A stretch of 64,000 bases of DNA from Ruminococcus sp. GTDB taxonomy: Bacteria > Bacillota > Clostridia > Oscillospirales > Ruminococcaceae. The stretch is taken from the NCBI GenBank assembly GCA_015066805.1, contig SVNP01000003.1:57860-121859 (forward strand). Direction: 5' to 3'. The translations under genes and the position numbers were made by a program. Below the pieces are notes generated by a model. The model was given only the letters and a program-made list of their open reading frames with translations, had not been told where the DNA came from and searched no databases. Shown piece by piece: positions 54,219 to 63,135 of this stretch. The first letter of the stretch is position 1, and each line of letters begins with the position of its first letter.

Positions 54219-54268
54219 ATGGGTTCATCGAAAGCGCTCACAAACCCCGATTTAAGGCTGAACGGATC

Positions 54269-54307
54269 AAAAAAACCGCTTCTGACATCTACATCAGAAG
54301 CGGTTTT
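54269..54307. terminator. Bidirectional-shaped terminator after the zinc-ribbon gene
   Basis: Stem AAAACCGCTTCTGA/TCAGAAGCGGTTTT. Confidence 0.75.
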
Positions 54308-54314
54308 GCATGGT

Positions 54315-54512
54315 TTATGGTTTTGCGGGCGGCTTGCGGAAAAATTCCAGCTTACCGCAGCCCTTGCACTGATACATAGCGATATGCAGCGATTGTGTCA
54401 TCAGGCGGTTTGCTTCCCGCAGCAAGGGATGTTTGGTACCGGGCGGTACCGGCAGGGCAGGCTGCATCTCACAGCCGCAGCGCAGGCAGCGCAGAACAGA
54501 GGTCTCCGTCAT
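54315..54512 (-). CDS. Small zinc-ribbon protein (65 aa)
   Basis: It has two CxxC pairs (CLRCGC, CKGCGK). Its ATG overlaps the gltX stop (ATGA), and a terminator follows immediately. Confidence 0.55.
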   Translation of the reverse strand: MTETSVLRCLRCGCEMQPALPVPPGTKHPLLREANRLMTQSLHIAMYQCKGCGKLEFFRKPPAKP

Positions 54513-56155
54513 ATGGCAGCGTATTCGGCGATGCGGCGGCGGGTTTCTTCCTCGCCCAGCACATGGCTGATCTCCCACAGATCAGGAGAATTGCAGCGGC
54601 CGGTCAGTGCCACACGGATCAGATTGCTGACATCTACGATGCTGCCGGGATACAGCTCGGGATTCTTCTTGTATTTCTTTACCTGCACCGCATAACCAAG
54701 GCTGTCGGCGATCTCCTTGACCTTACCGAACCATACAGCAGAATCATCGCTGAAATCAAGGGTTTCCAGGTAGCGGCTGAGGATCTCTTTTTTATGCTCT
54801 GCGGAGATGTTCTCGGGGCAGGCATCCACACGGGTAAAGCGGCTGCTGTCGTAGAAGGAAAGGAAATCATAGGCCTGCTGCCAGCTTCCGAAATCCTTAC
54901 GGGGCTTATCTCCGCCGCGGCCGATGTTCAGGGCGGCGATGTAGAAATCCTTATTTTCTGCCAGATTTGCAGCTTCCTCGGCGGTGCGGTACTCCTTAAC
55001 CCATGCCAGCAGATTATCATATACAAACTCTGCGGTTTGGTGGGAGAGGTAATCCTTGGCGATATTATCCAGCTTTGCCAGATCAAACAAAGCACCGGAG
55101 CTGCTCATTTTCTCCAGAGAGAAGGTGAATGCACGGGAATCCGCAGTGGGATTTGCCATATGCCATTCCTCAAAATTGCTGTTGAGCACAGTCAGCAGAT
55201 ATTGCTGCACGGCCTCAGGCGGGAAGCCTTCTGCACGATAATAGGAAAGTGCCAGCTCAGGGTCCTTACGCTTGGAGAGCTTTCTCTTGGAGCTGCCGTC
55301 CATCTTCATGAGGGTTGCGGTATGGCAGTACAGGGGACGTGCCCAGCCCAGAATATCAAACAACTGCACATGAATGGGCAGCGTTGCCAGCCAGCTTTCA
55401 TCCCGCAGCACATGAGTGGTACGCATAAAGTGGTCATCGCACACATGGGCAAAGTGATAGGTGGGGATACCGTCGGACTTCAGCAGCACGAAATCGGTGT
55501 AATTCTCCTGCACCTTCAGTTCGCCGCGGATGCCATCCTGCACGGGGATCATGTTTTCGGGGTCACCGCTGCTGCGGAAACGAAGCACCCATTCCGTGCC
55601 CTTGTCAAGCTCTGCCCGGATCTCCTCCATGGTGCGGTCACGCCACAGGGCATATTTGCCGTAGTAGCCGTAGTTTTCCTTTTTGGCTTCCTGCTCATCG
55701 TGCATGGCCTTCAGGTCATCCTCAGAGCAGAAGCAGGGGTATGCGAGGCCACGCTCCACCAGAGATTTTGCGACTGTCTGGTACAGTTCTTTCCGCTGCC
55801 GCTGACGATAGGGGCCGTATGCGCCGTTTTCGCCTTCCACGGTTGCGCCCTCATCAAAATGGATGCCGTAGTAATGCATGGAATCCATCAATGCTTCCAC
55901 AGCGCCTTCCACTTCACGCTTCTGGTCGGTGTCCTCAATCCGCAGATAAAACACGCCGCCGGTCTGGTGTGCCAGACGCTCGCCGATGGCGTTATACAGG
56001 TTGCCCAGATGTACAAATCCCGTAGGGGAGGGGGCAATACGGGTTACCACTGCGCCTTCGGGCAGATCTCTTTGGGGGTACTGTGCTTCGTAGTGGGCAA
56101 TGGTTTTGGTGATATGGGGGAACAGCAATGCTGCAAGTGCCTGATGATCCATCAT
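54509..56155 (-). CDS. gltX: Glutamate--tRNA ligase
   Basis: Class I motifs PSPTGFVHLGN and KLSKRK are present. The start MMDHQ follows an AAGGAG RBS. Confidence 0.85.
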   Translation of the reverse strand: MMDHQALAALLFPHITKTIAHYEAQYPQRDLPEGAVVTRIAPSPTGFVHLGNLYNAIGERLAHQTGGVFYLRIEDTDQKREVEGAVEALMDSMHYYGIHFDEGATVEGENGAYGPYRQRQRKELYQTVAKSLVERGLAYPCFCSEDDLKAMHDEQEAKKENYGYYGKYALWRDRTMEEIRAELDKGTEWVLRFRSSGDPENMIPVQDGIRGELKVQENYTDFVLLKSDGIPTYHFAHVCDDHFMRTTHVLRDESWLATLPIHVQLFDILGWARPLYCHTATLMKMDGSSKRKLSKRKDPELALSYYRAEGFPPEAVQQYLLTVLNSNFEEWHMANPTADSRAFTFSLEKMSSSGALFDLAKLDNIAKDYLSHQTAEFVYDNLLAWVKEYRTAEEAANLAENKDFYIAALNIGRGGDKPRKDFGSWQQAYDFLSFYDSSRFTRVDACPENISAEHKKEILSRYLETLDFSDDSAVWFGKVKEIADSLGYAVQVKKYKKNPELYPGSIVDVSNLIRVALTGRCNSPDLWEISHVLGEEETRRRIAEYAAI

Positions 56156-56226
56156 GATCGCTCCTTTTCTAAATACATACATTATAAGAGTACCACAGAT
56201 TCGTGGTTTTGTCAATCGCTTTTGTG

Positions 56227-56268
56227 AGAAAAACGAAAACGGACCTCATCCGAAGATGAAGCCCGTTC
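56227..56268 (-). terminator. Terminator after the tRNA operon
   Basis: Stem AACGG.CTTCATC/GATGAGG.CCGTT with a TTCG loop, then TTTTCGTTTTT on the minus strand. Confidence 0.65.
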
Positions 56269-56288
56269 TTTGGACGGCGATTCGCCGT

Positions 56289-56362
56289 TGGAGGCGCGAA
56301 CCAGATTTGAACTGGTGATCACGGTGTTGCAGACCATTGCCTTACCACTTGGCTATCGCGCC
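56289..56362 (-). tRNA. tRNA-Cys (GCA), CCA encoded
   Basis: I folded the cloverleaf by hand. The acceptor is GGCGCGA/TCGCGCC, the anticodon loop CTGCAAC and the T-loop TTCAAAT. Confidence 0.9.
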
Positions 56363-56365
56363 GTT

Positions 56366-56441
56366 TGGAGCGGATTACGAGGCTCGAACTCGCTACCTCC
56401 ACCTTGGCAAGGTGGCGCTCTACCAGATGAGCTAAATCCGC
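56366..56441 (-). tRNA. tRNA-Gly (GCC), CCA encoded
   Basis: The acceptor is GCGGATT/AATCCGC, the anticodon stem CCACC/GGTGG with loop TTGCCAA, and the T-loop TTCGAGC. Confidence 0.9.
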
Positions 56442-56469
56442 TTATGAACGCTTTTGGCGTTCATGTGAA

Positions 56470-56543
56470 CGACCTGGATGGGACTCGAACCCACGACCTC
56501 CGCCGTGACAGGGCGGCGTTCTAACCAACTGAACTACCAGGCC
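56470..56543 (-). tRNA. tRNA-Asp (GTC)
   Basis: The sequence is GGCCTGGTAGTTCAGTTGGTTAGAACGCCGCCCTGTCACGGCGGAGGTCGTGGGTTCGAGTCCCATCCAGGTCG. The anticodon loop is CTGTCAC. Confidence 0.9.
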
Positions 56544-56548
56544 ATGGA

Positions 56549-56621
56549 TGGGAACAACAGGGCTCGAACCTGTGACCCTCTGCTTGTAAGGCAGATGCTC
56601 TCCCAGCTGAGCTATGCTCCC
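56549..56621 (-). tRNA. tRNA-Val (TAC)
   Basis: The sequence is GGGAGCATAGCTCAGCTGGGAGAGCATCTGCCTTACAAGCAGAGGGTCACAGGTTCGAGCCCTGTTGTTCCCA. The anticodon loop is CTTACAA. Confidence 0.9.
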
Positions 56622-56650
56622 ATCAGCACTCTCTCGTTGAGTGCTTTTCT

Positions 56651-56679
56651 ATTATACTACAACCCGCAGGAAATGTCAA
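56651..56679 (-). promoter_or_regulatory. Sigma-A-type promoter for the tRNA operon
   Basis: TTGACA-17 nt-TATAAT on the minus strand, about 30 nt upstream of tRNA-Val. Confidence 0.7.
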
Positions 56680-56720
56680 GGGTTTTTTCGAAAATTTTAT
56701 ATATTCTTTTCTTTTAACGA

Positions 56721-57608
56721 TTACGCTTCTTTTTCGCCCTTGCACATCCCTCTGATTTCTTGGGGTGTAAAGACGTATTTATTGTTGCAGAAGTGGCAGC
56801 ACACCTCGATTTCGGGCATTTCGTCCGCCATTTCCCGCAGGGCGTTATCATCCAGGGCGGCAAGCATTTTCTCGGTACGCTCTCTGGAGCAATCGCAGCG
56901 GTAGGCGGGGGTGCTTTCATCCAGCAGATTGGGCTCCAGACCCTTCATCAGCAGCATAGCGATCTCCTCTGCGCCCATGCCCTGCTCCAACAGGGCGGTA
57001 ATGCTGCGGATGCCTGCCAGATTCTCCTCCAGTTGGGAGATGGCTTTTTCATCGGCAAAGGGCAGCAGTTGGATGAGATATCCGCCGGCAGCCTTAACGG
57101 TCAGGTCGGTATCCACCAGCACACCCAGACCGCAGGCGGTAGGGATCTGCTCACTGACGGCAAAATACTCGGTAATATCCTCAGCGATCTCGCCGCTGAC
57201 CAGAGCAGTCTGACCGGCATAGGGTTCTTTCAGTCCCAGATCCTTGATGACATAGAGGGTGCCTTCGGTACCCACTGCACCTGCCACATCCAGTTTGCCT
57301 TGGGGGTTCAGGGGCAGCTCCACAATGTTGTTGTCGGCATAGCTTTTTACATTGCCGTGATAATCCGCCACAGCCACCAGCACACCGCCGGGGCCGCCGC
57401 CGTCGATGCGGACGGTTACACTGTCGTCAATGCTTTTCAGGCCATAGCCGATGAGGGACGCAGCCATGGAAAGTCTGCCCAATGCAGCGGTCATGACTGC
57501 GGAGGGCTGATGGATCTGTTCCATTTCGGCGATCATGGCAGTGCCATCCAGCACAGAACAGACCACCGAGCCGTCATCGGAGAGATATCGTTTCAAAACG
57601 CCGTTCAT
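56721..57608 (-). CDS. hslO: Hsp33 redox-regulated chaperone
   Basis: The C-terminal zinc centre is CDCSRE ... CHFCNNKY, and the body is Hsp33-like. Confidence 0.85.
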   Translation of the reverse strand: MNGVLKRYLSDDGSVVCSVLDGTAMIAEMEQIHQPSAVMTAALGRLSMAASLIGYGLKSIDDSVTVRIDGGGPGGVLVAVADYHGNVKSYADNNIVELPLNPQGKLDVAGAVGTEGTLYVIKDLGLKEPYAGQTALVSGEIAEDITEYFAVSEQIPTACGLGVLVDTDLTVKAAGGYLIQLLPFADEKAISQLEENLAGIRSITALLEQGMGAEEIAMLLMKGLEPNLLDESTPAYRCDCSRERTEKMLAALDDNALREMADEMPEIEVCCHFCNNKYVFTPQEIRGMCKGEKEA

Positions 57609-57611
57609 GAT

Positions 57612-58400
57612 TCAAGTATCCTTTCTGGCAATATACAACAATCGCTGAGCTGTATCCGTGGGGGCGGAAAAGCTGTCGCCATCCAGCACGGTCAGCAAAG
57701 AAAAACCGCTTTCTTCCAGCCAGGCGGTGAGCATTTCATGGGGGTAGATCTGTTCGGTGAAGGTTTCGGTCATACGGCAGTAGCGCTGATCCTGCTGCCG
57801 GGAAAAAAAGTCCAATCGGATCTGCACGGGGTAATGGGGCGGAGCATCTTCGGTCTGATTCTGCCACACACAAAAGCAATCGGGCAGATCATACACAAAG
57901 CACTGGTCTTTCAGCACCTGCCGATGCTTATAGGCAGTATTCACATCAAAGAGGAACAGCCCGCCGGGGTTGGTAAACAGCCCTACCCGAGAAAAAACCT
58001 GCCGCACATCCGAGGGCGCAGGCAGGTGGTTGATGCTGTCCAGCATACAAAGGGTGACACTGACCGTTCCGTACAGATCCAGCTTCCGCATATCCTGCCG
58101 CAGATACTGCACCGCACCCTCCAAAGGGGATTCGGCACGTTTTTCGTAGGCCTGCATCAGCATATCCTCGGAGCGATCCACGCCGATCACATCCCACCCC
58201 AGCTTTGCCATTTCTTCGGAGAAGGCACCGGTACCGCAGGCAAGATCCAGCAGCAGACCTCTGTCGGCATCGCAGGCCTGCAAAGCATCGGAAGCATATG
58301 CCCCGATCAGCCGGTGGATTTCCTTGGCACGGGCTTCATAGTTGACATTCCGGGTGAGCCTGTCGTAGTAGTCGGCAAACACGCCGTAGGTATCAGCCAT
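57612..58400 (-). CDS. Class I SAM-dependent methyltransferase
   Basis: Motif I is LLDLACGTG and the post-I acidic residue is in VIGVDRSEDM. Confidence 0.75.
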   Translation of the reverse strand: MADTYGVFADYYDRLTRNVNYEARAKEIHRLIGAYASDALQACDADRGLLLDLACGTGAFSEEMAKLGWDVIGVDRSEDMLMQAYEKRAESPLEGAVQYLRQDMRKLDLYGTVSVTLCMLDSINHLPAPSDVRQVFSRVGLFTNPGGLFLFDVNTAYKHRQVLKDQCFVYDLPDCFCVWQNQTEDAPPHYPVQIRLDFFSRQQDQRYCRMTETFTEQIYPHEMLTAWLEESGFSLLTVLDGDSFSAPTDTAQRLLYIARKDT

Positions 58401-58707
58401 TGTTCTGCTCCGTGGCGGTGTCCTCCATGCGGCTGAATACGATATCGTATCCGCCTGCGCCGTCCATACCCAGGGAACGGTTTACACGGCTGATGGTAGC
58501 GGTGCTGGCACCTGTTTTTTCCACGATCTCGGCATAGCGGCACTCGCTGTGCAGCAGCTTTGCCACCTGATAGCGTTGGGAAATGGCCTTCAGCTCCTGG
58601 AGGGTGCAAAGGTCGCGGAGGAAGCGGGCGGCCTCCTCTTTGGTTTCCAGAGAGAGCAAAGCGGCGCAAAGGTCGTCCATACCGGAAGTATCCAGATAAG
58701 TTCTCAT
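58393..58707 (-). CDS. yerC: YerC/YecD-family TrpR-like DNA-binding protein
   Basis: The block is LCTLQELKAISQRYQVAKLL...YAEIVEKTGASTATISRVNRSL. The start MRTYLD follows a GGAGG RBS. Confidence 0.75.
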   Translation of the reverse strand: MRTYLDTSGMDDLCAALLSLETKEEAARFLRDLCTLQELKAISQRYQVAKLLHSECRYAEIVEKTGASTATISRVNRSLGMDGAGGYDIVFSRMEDTATEQNNG

Positions 58708-58828
58708 AGCAGTAACCTCCAAAAAGCGCAAGCTGCGCAGAATATCCATGATCCATTATATTTTAGCACATTATACCGTGAAAGTAAAGGGGCTTTCGAT
58801 ATCTTTCAATCATATTACAAAATCATGC

Positions 58829-58866
58829 AAAAAAGATGCGGAAAGATGATTCGCGCATCTTTCCGC
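58829..58866 (-). terminator. Intrinsic terminator after the 58932-61301 pectate lyase
   Basis: Stem GCGGAAAGATG/CATCTTTCCGC, then a T-run on the minus strand. Confidence 0.7.
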
Positions 58867-58931
58867 CGATAAGAAAGGGGGTCTTTCTATGAAGAATTGA
58901 ATAGAAAGCGTAATGAGAGGGGGCGAAGATC

Positions 58932-61301
58932 TCACTCCATGCCGGCGAGGATCTTCAGAATAGCGGTGGCATCGTTGCCGTTGATACCGCTGACACCATC
59001 TGCCTCGGCGTTTGCCAGACCCTGATCGCTGACAGAAACGGTCTGATCCTCACCGATGAAACGGTTCAGCAGGATCACGTCTGCGATCTTGACCATGTTA
59101 TCGCAGTTCACATCACCGATGAGAGTTGCGGTTACTTCGCTCTGGACAGAGGAAATGGTGGTCGTAGTGGTGGTAGTAGTGGTGGTCGTAGTAGTCGTGG
59201 TGGTTGTGGTAGTGGTAGTTACATTGGGCGTGATGGTTGCATCGCTGCCGGTGTAGGTGGTTTCATCCATGCAGCCGCCGTAGGTTTCAAAGTAGCCTGC
59301 CAGCTCGGAGGTATTGGTCTGCAGGAAATAGCCGTTGGAAGGAATATAGGAAACGGATGCGTTGGTATCAAAGTTTGCATAAGCGCAGTCGGTGTTGACC
59401 TTGGTGCTCTTATCGGTGACAATGGTACCGTCCTGATCGCCCTTGCAGTTGTTCAGTACATCCATGTAGGATTTGACCGCACCCAGCTTCACCTGCATGG
59501 GGTTTTTGCAGTTGTTGAATACGTTGTACTCGGAGAAGATGTAAGCGTTTGCTCTGGGGTTCATGCAATAGCTGGTCTGACCCTCAAAGATGTTGTTGTA
59601 CATATGGATATTTGCCTGACGTGCCAGCGGGCCGCGGGATTCACAGTTCTTCCAGTAGTTGTGGTGGAAGGTGATGTGATACTGCAGGTTGGAATCGGAA
59701 GCGCCTACCAGATTGGTCTTGTGGTAGCCCTCGTAGTAGCAGTAGCTGTTGGTGAAATACTGGCCGCGCTTGAAGTCGCAGGCACCGTCGCCGCCGTCCT
59801 TATCGGATTCTGCGGGATTTGCAATGCTGGGCTTGTAGAATTCGCAGTTGTGGATCCAGCAGCGTTCTACGGGAGCAGACAAAGTGGAATCGGTCTGTAC
59901 GCCCTCCATGCCGATGCAGTCTTCGGGAACGTTGCGGAAGGCGATGTTGCGGACTTCAAAGCTCTCACCTGCGCTCATGTTGCCGGATTCTGCAATGAAG
60001 TGAATGCCCCAGCCGTTGATGCAGGCATCGGTACCCATACCCTCAATGGTGATGTCCTTACCGGACTGCATTCTTGCCATGTAGCCGTTGTCGCCCACGG
60101 AGCCGCCGTAGTTGATGGAGTCAAACTCGGTGAGGCCGGAGGGTGCGGTCACATTGCCGATGATACGAACCACAAGGGGAGTGCCGTCCTTTGCCAGCTT
60201 TTCGATGATATCGCTGTTGGAGTTGGCGGTACCGCCCTTGGAGGTCTTGCCGGAGCCGTTATCCTGGCCGGAGGAGTTGAGGATATTGCCGATGCCGCTG
60301 ACCTTGGTACCATCCTTGGAGGTAACGGTCACGGAGTTCTTGTTGCTTTCGGTGACATACAGCACAATGGCATTGCTCTTGAGGGTGCCGTCATCCTTGT
60401 ATGCGCCAACGCCTGCGGTGTAGTTGAAATGTGCATAGCCGGAGCGATCCTGTGCGCCAACGGCGATGCCGCCCTTGGTCACGGTGCCCTTGGAGGTCTC
60501 CACGGTAATGGAATAGGTACCTGCGGAAAGTCCGGGGATATCCACACGGACACCGCCGTCTACATCACGCACCAGATACTGAAAATCCTCGCCGCTGAGA
60601 GAGCCGCTGACGGGACCGCTGTAGGAAACTGCGGTGACACCTGCATCATTCATGCCGCCGATGACCATGTAAGCCATCTCGTTCCAGCCGCCTACGCTCT
60701 TCAGGGTCAGGTCGCCGGGAACAGAATCACCGGGGACGGAGGGTACTGCGGTATTTGCGGTGGTGCCGGTGGTCTGCTGGGTGCCGCTTTCGGTGGTGGT
60801 AACAGTGGTCACAACGCCGCTGCCGCCGCCGATATCAATATAGAACAGATTGGAGCTGCCGGAGCCTTTCTTGATGGTGTGTGCACCTGCGGAAAGGGAA
60901 ACGACGGTCTGTCCGCTTGCGTCAATGGAGTATTTGGTATCATCCACATACAGAGTGTCGCCATCCTTGATGACCAGTGTCATGGTGCAGGCACTGCCTG
61001 TGGTAAAGCTGATGAGCGTGCTGCTTTCCATCTTCAGGCACTGGGTCAGGTTCATGCCGTTGTAGCTCATGGAGCCTTTGCTTGTGGAAAGATTGCCTGT
61101 GATATCGAAATAATCACTGGACAAACCCTGCTCGGTGAAATTGTGGGTTGCGGATGTGCCGATGGTGGCACCTGCAACGGTTGCTTCAGACAGTGCAACA
61201 ACTGCCTGAGAGGTAACGGGTGTCAGAACAGCCGCAGAGCTGAGCATCAGTGCTGCCGCAGTACAAAGGCTGATCTGCTTGATACGAATAGAACCTGCCA
61301 T
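58932..61301 (-). CDS. PL1-family pectate lyase with N-terminal accessory domains, poly-Thr linker and dockerin
   Basis: Catalytic blocks are WIHNCEF, DGACDFKRG, HKTNLVG and SRGPLARQANIHMYNN. There are 21 consecutive Thr codons. The dockerin reads GDVNCDNMVKIADVILLNRFIGED...NGNDATAILKILAG. Confidence 0.85.
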   Translation of the reverse strand: MAGSIRIKQISLCTAAALMLSSAAVLTPVTSQAVVALSEATVAGATIGTSATHNFTEQGLSSDYFDITGNLSTSKGSMSYNGMNLTQCLKMESSTLISFTTGSACTMTLVIKDGDTLYVDDTKYSIDASGQTVVSLSAGAHTIKKGSGSSNLFYIDIGGGSGVVTTVTTTESGTQQTTGTTANTAVPSVPGDSVPGDLTLKSVGGWNEMAYMVIGGMNDAGVTAVSYSGPVSGSLSGEDFQYLVRDVDGGVRVDIPGLSAGTYSITVETSKGTVTKGGIAVGAQDRSGYAHFNYTAGVGAYKDDGTLKSNAIVLYVTESNKNSVTVTSKDGTKVSGIGNILNSSGQDNGSGKTSKGGTANSNSDIIEKLAKDGTPLVVRIIGNVTAPSGLTEFDSINYGGSVGDNGYMARMQSGKDITIEGMGTDACINGWGIHFIAESGNMSAGESFEVRNIAFRNVPEDCIGMEGVQTDSTLSAPVERCWIHNCEFYKPSIANPAESDKDGGDGACDFKRGQYFTNSYCYYEGYHKTNLVGASDSNLQYHITFHHNYWKNCESRGPLARQANIHMYNNIFEGQTSYCMNPRANAYIFSEYNVFNNCKNPMQVKLGAVKSYMDVLNNCKGDQDGTIVTDKSTKVNTDCAYANFDTNASVSYIPSNGYFLQTNTSELAGYFETYGGCMDETTYTGSDATITPNVTTTTTTTTTTTTTTTTTTTTTISSVQSEVTATLIGDVNCDNMVKIADVILLNRFIGEDQTVSVSDQGLANAEADGVSGINGNDATAILKILAGME
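59157..59219 (-). repeat. 21 consecutive Thr codons (linker before the dockerin)
   Basis: A mixed ACC/ACT/ACG/ACA run, counted codon by codon in frame. Confidence 0.9.
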
Positions 61302-61388
61302 AATCTTTCTCCTCCAAAAAACATACATTCTTTGCACCGTGATGTATTTGTCCGGTGCAGCCCCTCTTAGTTGATTCGTTGGTGTGTT

Positions 61389-61438
61389 GATGCATCGGCG
61401 GCGGCTTTAGTGGGGGCCAAAGCTGCCGCAGATGCATC
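61389..61438 (-). other. Long hairpin in the predicted 5' leader of the pectate lyase mRNA
   Basis: The 20-nt arms GATGCATCGGCGGCGGCTTT and AAAGCTGCCGCAGATGCATC have 18 of 20 positions complementary, with a 10-nt loop. Confidence 0.6.
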
Positions 61439-61461
61439 GGGTGAATCGGTTTCCTGATGAT

Positions 61462-61490
61462 ATTGTATCTTTTTTGGGGGATTTTTTCAA
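61462..61490 (-). promoter_or_regulatory. Sigma-A-type promoter for the 58932-61301 pectate lyase
   Basis: TTGAAA-17 nt-TACAAT on the minus strand. It implies a leader of roughly 150 nt. Confidence 0.5.
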
Positions 61491-61662
61491 TGACGGATGA
61501 TATTTTGTTACTGACACATCATCCAAAAAGCTCTGTGGATGAAAGATCATATGCAGGAAAATTTTTTTTTGGAAAAATGCACGAAAACGGCCTTCTCGAT
61601 CGTATACCATATATCGGGGCGTTGATCTGTGCTCCCGAATGGAAAACGAGGAGGCTGGTTTT

Positions 61663-63075
61663 ATGGCAAACAACAAGAAAATCAGGTACATCATCAATAC
61701 AGTGCTGGGTGCGGTGCTGCTGGCAGGTGCGGTGACAGCAGGGGTATTTCTGCTGCGGGGCGGTGAGGAGCTGCCCCCTGTTTTGGAAAGCATCCCCGAT
61801 GAGTCTATTGCCAACTATGAGAAAATGGGCGATTATGCGGAAGGCTCTCTGGGCTATGACCCGAACAAGGCTGCCGATGTCCCCTCGCTGCATATGGCGG
61901 GAGATTCGAGGTCTGACAGCATTATGGAGGCAGAGCAGGGCTGGTATTATGTCAAGCGTATATTCGGGGATAGGGGCAGCACTGTGCGGGTTTGCTTTCA
62001 TGATGACGCAAGCGGCGAGGATGTGGTGCTGTGCGCCCGCCCCGAATGCACACACAACACGGAATACTGTGTGGCACAGAACAGCCGTTATCTGGGGGCA
62101 CCGGGGGTGTATTACGAGGGCCGGCTGTATGGTGTCAGCACCGATGCAGCTTCCGCGGAGGAAGAATCCCAAGACCCGAATATCCGTTATTCCGTAGGCT
62201 CGGGTACGCCCGTGCTGATGCGCTATGCGCCCGACGGCACTGCGCTGGACAAGCTGGCGGATCTTTCCGAGGGGGTACCCGATGCTTTGGATCATACCAC
62301 ACTGCACTCTGTTGAGATCATCGGGCATAAGGGGGCTTTGTGGATCAAAATGCTGCTTTATCGGGAATACTCGGTGCGGGTGGGTGAAAACTCTGCCAAA
62401 ACCACCTACGAAAGCGGTCATGTGCTGCTGCACTATGATATTGAAAAGGACAAGCTGACCACCATCCTCTATGACCCCCTGCGGGAGAATAATTATACCA
62501 GTCTGCCCTCGCAGCTTCAGGGGGCAGGGGACTATGTATACTTCCGCAAGGAAAGCGGAACGCTGAAGGACCCCTTGGATGGCAACAACATTTATCGGAT
62601 TCACATCCAAACGGGAGTCGTTGAAAAGGTAGCCGAGAATGTCCGCTGCTCCTATGCCGTACAGGGTGAGCGTCTGGTGTACCTGAAGAAATTCAGCAAG
62701 AACAGCGACCATCTGGTGGCGTGGCTCAAAGATCTGCGGACGGGGGAGGAGATCCCGCTGCAGACCAAGGAGACCGATTATGCCGACGGCGTGTGCTTTG
62801 CAGGGGAGTATATCGGTATCATCAGGGGCGGTACCTTTACGTTTGTCAATGACAAGGGAGAGCTGCTGGGGGAGATATCCGCACCCGCTGACCATGCGCT
62901 GCCCCATGACTGCATTTCCTTCTGTGTGGGGGAAACCGATCTGTATGCTTCCGTGCAGACTGCAAATTGGGAATATTACGCCGCAAAGTGGCAGGACATC
63001 ATAAGCGGAGATACGCCGCAATGGGAGCTGCTGTGGGAAAGATACGAATATCAGGAAAATCATTCGGATGAGTGA
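61663..63075 (+). CDS. N-terminally anchored extracytoplasmic protein of unknown function (beta-propeller-like impression)
   Basis: It has a TM helix (INTVLGAVLLAGAVTAGVFLL) and a Cys cluster (CARPECTHNTEYC). Tyr/Gly-rich strands recur. A GAGGAGG RBS lies before ATG 61663. Confidence 0.55.
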   Translation: MANNKKIRYIINTVLGAVLLAGAVTAGVFLLRGGEELPPVLESIPDESIANYEKMGDYAEGSLGYDPNKAADVPSLHMAGDSRSDSIMEAEQGWYYVKRIFGDRGSTVRVCFHDDASGEDVVLCARPECTHNTEYCVAQNSRYLGAPGVYYEGRLYGVSTDAASAEEESQDPNIRYSVGSGTPVLMRYAPDGTALDKLADLSEGVPDALDHTTLHSVEIIGHKGALWIKMLLYREYSVRVGENSAKTTYESGHVLLHYDIEKDKLTTILYDPLRENNYTSLPSQLQGAGDYVYFRKESGTLKDPLDGNNIYRIHIQTGVVEKVAENVRCSYAVQGERLVYLKKFSKNSDHLVAWLKDLRTGEEIPLQTKETDYADGVCFAGEYIGIIRGGTFTFVNDKGELLGEISAPADHALPHDCISFCVGETDLYASVQTANWEYYAAKWQDIISGDTPQWELLWERYEYQENHSDE

Positions 63076-63135
63076 ACCGAAACGGCTTTTTCCGTTGTAT
63101 ATATAACAGAGGACAACACAAGGAGGTGGCAATGC

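Noticed and set aside
54028-54255. 61- to 66-aa ORFs on both strands across the hairpin array
   Set aside because: The palindromic DNA produces open frames on both strands. There is no RBS, and the region lies between two terminators.
54395-56227. 610-aa ORF antisense to gltX. Similar long antisense ORFs lie at 59604-61370, 61519-63147, 41898-43316, 26688-28433 and 3009-4229.
   Set aside because: Each is the mirror of a gene with clear family motifs on the opposite strand. None has a recognisable domain or a credible translation start.
56444-56464. Perfect 8-bp hairpin (ATGAACGC/GCGTTCAT) in the spacer between tRNA-Asp and tRNA-Gly as an internal terminator
   Set aside because: No T-tract follows it on the transcribed strand. 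It is more likely a processing-site structure within the polycistronic tRNA precursor, and I do not report it as a separate feature.
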